This document shows, piece after piece, positions 60,054 to 64,000 of a stretch of 64,000 nt of DNA. Under the pieces are notes generated by a model, which saw only the letters and a list, made by a program, of their open reading frames with translations, was not told the origin of the DNA and made no database searches. Origin of the DNA: Spirulina sp. GTDB taxonomy: Bacteria; Cyanobacteriota; Cyanobacteriia; Phormidesmidales; Phormidesmidaceae. The DNA is taken from contig JBIPSI010000006.1 in NCBI GenBank assembly GCA_044070495.1, positions 115,363 through 179,362 of the forward strand, given 5' to 3'. A program made the translations under genes and the position numbers. Each line of letters opens with the position of its first letter. The first letter of the stretch is position 1.

Positions 60054-60623
60054 ATGGACACGATGAATCTGGACTTGCGCATACCACATATCCCCAGGGC
60101 AACGACTGACTCCACGACGGCCACCGCCGCCCCTGGGTCTTCCGTTTGCCTAGCCTGTCAAATTATGGCGGGGCACCAGGCCGTACCGGGGGGCACCATT
60201 GCCGAAAACGATTGGTGGCAGGCGGATCACTGCCTTGGCCCCTACGGCTTGGGTGCCGTGGTGATGAAAACCAAGGCCCACCGAGAAAACCTGTGGGATC
60301 TAACGGTGGCCGAAACCGCCTCCCTAGGGCCATTTATGCAGCAGTTGTCGGCATCGATTGCCACCGCGCTAGGGGCCGAACGGGTCTACGTGAACCTCTG
60401 GGTCGATTGCCCACCCCACCATGTGCATTTTGTACTCCAGCCTCGGTATCCCCATAATCCTGAAGAGTTGGGCCTGAAGGGGCTAGAACTCCAGGTGTTT
60501 CGCACCCTTAGCCCAGCCCCCAGCCCAGCGGCGATGGCCCAAGCCGCCGACCGCATCCGTGCCCACTGGCAGCGCACCTACGCCCCCCTCCATCCCCAAG
60601 GAGTGGCGCGATGCGAGTTGTAG
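60054..60623 (+). CDS. HIT-like family protein
   Basis: CLAC...PGG.I, K.H.E.L..L, HHVHF.L.PRY. Confidence 0.7.
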   Translation: MDTMNLDLRIPHIPRATTDSTTATAAPGSSVCLACQIMAGHQAVPGGTIAENDWWQADHCLGPYGLGAVVMKTKAHRENLWDLTVAETASLGPFMQQLSASIATALGAERVYVNLWVDCPPHHVHFVLQPRYPHNPEELGLKGLELQVFRTLSPAPSPAAMAQAADRIRAHWQRTYAPLHPQGVARCEL

Positions 60624-61069
60624 TGCAGCGGGTGACCTCCTCGCGGGTGTGGGTGGCGGGGGAAGTGGTGGGGGAAATTGGCCGAGGACTCAACCTGCTA
60701 GTGGGAATTGCCCCTACGGACACCGCCACCGAACTGGACTGGATGGCAAGGAAATGTTTGGATTTGCGCCTGTTTCCCTCGCCGGGGAGTGATCGCTGGG
60801 ATCAGTCTGTTCAGGAAATCCAGGGCGAAATCTTGGTGATCAGCCAGTTCACCCTCTACGGCGACTGCCGCAAGGGCCGCCGTCCTTCCTTCGATAAAGC
60901 CGCCCCGCCCGCCCAGGCCGAAGCCCTCTATAACCAGTTTGTGGAACGCCTGCGGGCCAGCGGTTTGCGAGTAAAAACAGGCCGATTTGGGGCCATGATG
61001 CAGGTGGATATAAGTAACGACGGCCCTGTTACGCTACTGCTAGAACGAGAAACCCAGGACTCAAGGTAG
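60611..61069 (+). CDS. dtd: D-aminoacyl-tRNA deacylase
   Basis: [19 protein letters not shown]...NDGPVT. Confidence 0.96.
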   Translation: MRVVVQRVTSSRVWVAGEVVGEIGRGLNLLVGIAPTDTATELDWMARKCLDLRLFPSPGSDRWDQSVQEIQGEILVISQFTLYGDCRKGRRPSFDKAAPPAQAEALYNQFVERLRASGLRVKTGRFGAMMQVDISNDGPVTLLLERETQDSR

Positions 61070-61165
61070 GGGTCAGGTCTCTTGACCCTTCGACGAATCT
61101 GGATTCTGGCAAGTTGTGTCAGTCAGTCAATCCAATCAGTCAGGCGTAAAGCAATTATCAAACCC

Positions 61166-61711
61166 ATGAGCAATATGTTGAATGACGTGCTTTCCTTTTG
61201 GTTCCAGGAGATTGAGCCTAAACAGTGGTGGGTTGTCGATCCAGACTTTGATGCCTTGCTGAAAGATCGGTTTTTAGACCTTTTACATCAAGCCTCGGCT
61301 GGGGAATTATTTACATGGCGAACCAGCGGTAAGGGACGTCTAGCGGAAATCATCGTCCTCGATCAGTTTTCCCGCAATATCTATCGCAATACTCCCCAGG
61401 CTTTTGCCCAGGATGGGATGGCCCTCGTGTTGTCTCAAGAAGCCGTTGCCCATGGGGCTTTGGCTGATCTAGAAATCATGGAGCGAACCTTTTTGTTGAT
61501 GCCCTACATGCATAGCGAATCGAAGGTTATCCATGTCCAGGCAGAGTTGCTTTTCAAAGAACATGCGCCAGACAATAACTTTCAATTTGAGCTGCGTCAC
61601 AAGGCCATCGTCGATCAGTTCGGTCGCTATCCTCACCGCAATGAAATCTTGGGTCGTGGGTCTACGGAGGAAGAGTTGGAGTTTTTGAAAACGCCAGGAT
61701 CTCGCTTCTAG
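61166..61711 (+). CDS. DUF924 family protein
   Basis: VL.FWF, LAEIIVLDQFSRNI.R, P.MHSE, FGRYPHRN..LGR.ST. Confidence 0.9.
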   Translation: MSNMLNDVLSFWFQEIEPKQWWVVDPDFDALLKDRFLDLLHQASAGELFTWRTSGKGRLAEIIVLDQFSRNIYRNTPQAFAQDGMALVLSQEAVAHGALADLEIMERTFLLMPYMHSESKVIHVQAELLFKEHAPDNNFQFELRHKAIVDQFGRYPHRNEILGRGSTEEELEFLKTPGSRF

Positions 61712-61728
61712 CCCGTTTCACAATGACC

Positions 61729-62523
61729 CTATTCCACCGTCACCCGTCGCGTTTCCACCACCATGCCATCTTCGCGGATAATCACCGCCGAAATCCAGCG
61801 CTGGTCGGGGGTTTCGGGGGCTGTTCCTACCTTATACAGCCCCCCCGCACTGAGGATATCGAACACCACGGGTCGGGGTTCTAGGAAATCCGTTGCGGTC
61901 ACCCCTTCATCCACCGCCACCCCCATCAGCGAACGGCCCTCCAGGGGTTCGACCACGATGGTATCGAAGGCGAAGGACTGACCGGGCGTGAGGGGATTGG
62001 GCAACAGGGTTTGCAGGGTGGGCGGGTTGGTGCCGGAGGTCATGCGGCTGGTTTCGGAGAGGGTATCTTGACGAGTAATTTGGCCATTCTCGATGCGCTG
62101 CCGCGAAGTCACATCGGCCTCCAGGTTGAGGCGGCGGTTGGTTAATGCTTGTACTCCGCTGACCTGGGTGCGGGTCTCAATGGTGTAGGCCCCTGGGCCT
62201 GAGGCTTCCCAGTTCAGCAGTTCTACCTCGTAGGTGAGGCTGTCGTACTGCTGCCACAGGGCTTCTAGGGTTTGGCGCAATTGGCTGTGGTCAAAGCCCG
62301 TGTCGCTGGTAAAGCTGGGGGCGTAGGCGGCCATCACGGCGTCTACATCCTGGGCATTGGCGGCGGCTTCGATGCGCTCTAGGGTTTGCCGCACCGCTGC
62401 GGGGGCCGTTTCTGCCGGGGCGGCCATCGCTGGAACCGCGCCCAAGGTCAGCACCCAGGCCGAACCCGCCAACCAGCCGTATCGCCCCATGGCCGATGAT
62501 CCCATGCCAAAACCCATACCCAT
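61729..62523 (-). CDS. secreted NTF2/SnoaL-like protein
   Basis: Signal PAMA; AANAQD.DAVM..Y...F...G. Confidence 0.7.
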   Translation of the reverse strand: MGMGFGMGSSAMGRYGWLAGSAWVLTLGAVPAMAAPAETAPAAVRQTLERIEAAANAQDVDAVMAAYAPSFTSDTGFDHSQLRQTLEALWQQYDSLTYEVELLNWEASGPGAYTIETRTQVSGVQALTNRRLNLEADVTSRQRIENGQITRQDTLSETSRMTSGTNPPTLQTLLPNPLTPGQSFAFDTIVVEPLEGRSLMGVAVDEGVTATDFLEPRPVVFDILSAGGLYKVGTAPETPDQRWISAVIIREDGMVVETRRVTVE

Positions 62524-62678
62524 CTCCTCACCAGTCCTGTTTATATGGAAACCTAGGTTGGAACCTGGCTGAGACGTTCAGACGCCGAGGGCCAAGGTCT
62601 CGTTCCCTTAGCACAAGCTTAAAGCAAGGGCCAAGGAGTTGGTATAGTGAAAGGCGTTTTTGCGGGCGAGAAAAGATC

Positions 62679-63815
62679 GTGGCCCAAACCGCTCCCTCCC
62701 CTCCGTCAGATTCCCCAAACCCTGTGTTCCAAAAAGCTGGGTTGGACAAACCTGCCAAGCTTTTAGTGGCCGCCAGCGGCACCGGAGGGCATTTGTTTCC
62801 GGCCCTGGCCACCGCCACCGAGCTTCAGGGCATGGGCTACAGCCTGGAATGGCTGGGGGTGCCCAACCGCCTAGAAACCACCCTGGTGGCCGATCAGTAC
62901 CCCCTGCATACGGTGACCATGGCGGGCTTGCAGGGGCGGCCTGGGGTACGCACGGTGCGGCTGCTAAGCCAATGTGCCCTAGCCACACGACGGGTGCGGA
63001 AATTGCTCAAACAGGGCCAATTTAGCGGCGTTTTCACCACCGGGGGCTACATTGCCGCTCCGGCCATCCTGGCGGCGCGATCCCTCGGTCTGCCAACGGT
63101 GCTGCACGAATCCAACGCCCTGCCGGGGAAAGTCACCCGCTGGCTTAGTCCCTGGTGTACCACGGTGGCCCTAGGGTTTGGGGCGGCGGCGCAGTACCTC
63201 CCCAAGGCCACGACCATCACCGTAGGCACCCCCGTGCGGGCCGACTTTTTGGTGAATCCCCCTCCAAACCTGACCGATCCCGCGATTCCCGCAGATGTGC
63301 CCCTGATCCTGATCTTTGGCGGCAGTCAGGGGGCTGTGGCCGTCAACCAACTGGTGCGTCAGGCGGCTCCGGCTTGGTTAGAGCAAGGCGCTTGGATCAT
63401 CCACCAAACCGGAAAAAACGACCCCGACACCGACGCCCTCAGCCACCCTCACTATATCCATCGGCCCTTCTTCGACACCATGGCCGCCCTGCTCTATCGG
63501 GCCGATTTGGCCCTCTGTCGTTCTGGGGCAGGCACCCTGACGGAACTCGCCATCACCCGCACCCCCTCCCTGCTGATTCCCTACCCCGCAGCGGCAGAGG
63601 ATCACCAGACCATCAACGCCCGTGTGTTTAGCACTGCCGGAGCCGCCCACCTGTTGCCCCAGCGGGATCTGACGGCAGAGCGTCTGTCCAACACCGTCAG
63701 CCAGCTTTTACAACACCCCGACCAACTCGCCACCATGGCCCAGGCAGCGGGAGATTTAGCCGTGCGAGACAGCGCCCAAAAACTCGCGGCCCTGGTGCAG
63801 CAGGTAATTGGGTAA
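62679..63815 (+). CDS. murG: MurG glycosyltransferase
   Basis: ASGTGGHLFPA, GGY, HESNA.PG, GGSQGA, RSGA.T..E; GTG start assumed. Confidence 0.95.
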   Translation: MAQTAPSPPSDSPNPVFQKAGLDKPAKLLVAASGTGGHLFPALATATELQGMGYSLEWLGVPNRLETTLVADQYPLHTVTMAGLQGRPGVRTVRLLSQCALATRRVRKLLKQGQFSGVFTTGGYIAAPAILAARSLGLPTVLHESNALPGKVTRWLSPWCTTVALGFGAAAQYLPKATTITVGTPVRADFLVNPPPNLTDPAIPADVPLILIFGGSQGAVAVNQLVRQAAPAWLEQGAWIIHQTGKNDPDTDALSHPHYIHRPFFDTMAALLYRADLALCRSGAGTLTELAITRTPSLLIPYPAAAEDHQTINARVFSTAGAAHLLPQRDLTAERLSNTVSQLLQHPDQLATMAQAAGDLAVRDSAQKLAALVQQVIG

Positions 63816-63908
63816 TGGCCAAGTCCCTGACGGACCTCACCCCCAGCCCCTCTCCTCCCAGGAGCTACTAAGTACACACATCTTGCTTTCATGTCGCAAG
63901 TCCTTGGA

Positions 63909-63984
63909 GATCCCCCTAAATCCCCCTTAAAAAGGGGGACTTTGACTCCGGTTCCCCCCTTTTTAAGGGGGGCTAGGGGGGATC
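63909..63984. repeat. family B repeat, inverted orientation
   Basis: gatccccctaaatcccccttaaaaagggggactttga...ggggggctaggggggatc. Confidence 0.85.
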
Positions 63985-64000
63985 GATTCCCTGTATCGTC

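Overview
64 kb of a GC-rich, probably filamentous cyanobacterial chromosome (Leptolyngbya/Nodosilinea-like; lineage is inferred from psbZ, thf1, acsF, hpsN and cyanobacterial repeats). Housekeeping genes (coaE, cobA-hemD, ribH, gltX, hemN, heme oxygenase, acsF, moaC, dtd, murG, two tRNAs) flank two visibly AT-richer accessory blocks. Block 1 (~7.2-22.1 kb) holds a two-partner secretion pair whose passenger ends in a caspase-like CHAT protease, a convergent HTH-pseudoATPase / kinase-CHASE2 / DUF928 operon, a NfeD-like gene and an SH3-CHAP hydrolase. Block 2 (~43.4-52.0 kb) is the best candidate for an undescribed system. It has a LuxR regulator, then a putative membrane-active substrate, a bare subtilase domain, a stand-alone helix-hairpin-helix (HhH) prodomain, a fused HhH-prodomain-subtilase-HhH paralogue and a cytoplasmic alpha-amylase. 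Other oddities: a repeat element read in-frame inside the tRNA nucleotidyltransferase gene, several dispersed palindromic repeat families, an ISAs1 relic, a candidate structured RNA between heme oxygenase and acsF, apparent absence of HIP1 and dominance of TAG stops. All calls come from reading motifs by eye; no searches were run.
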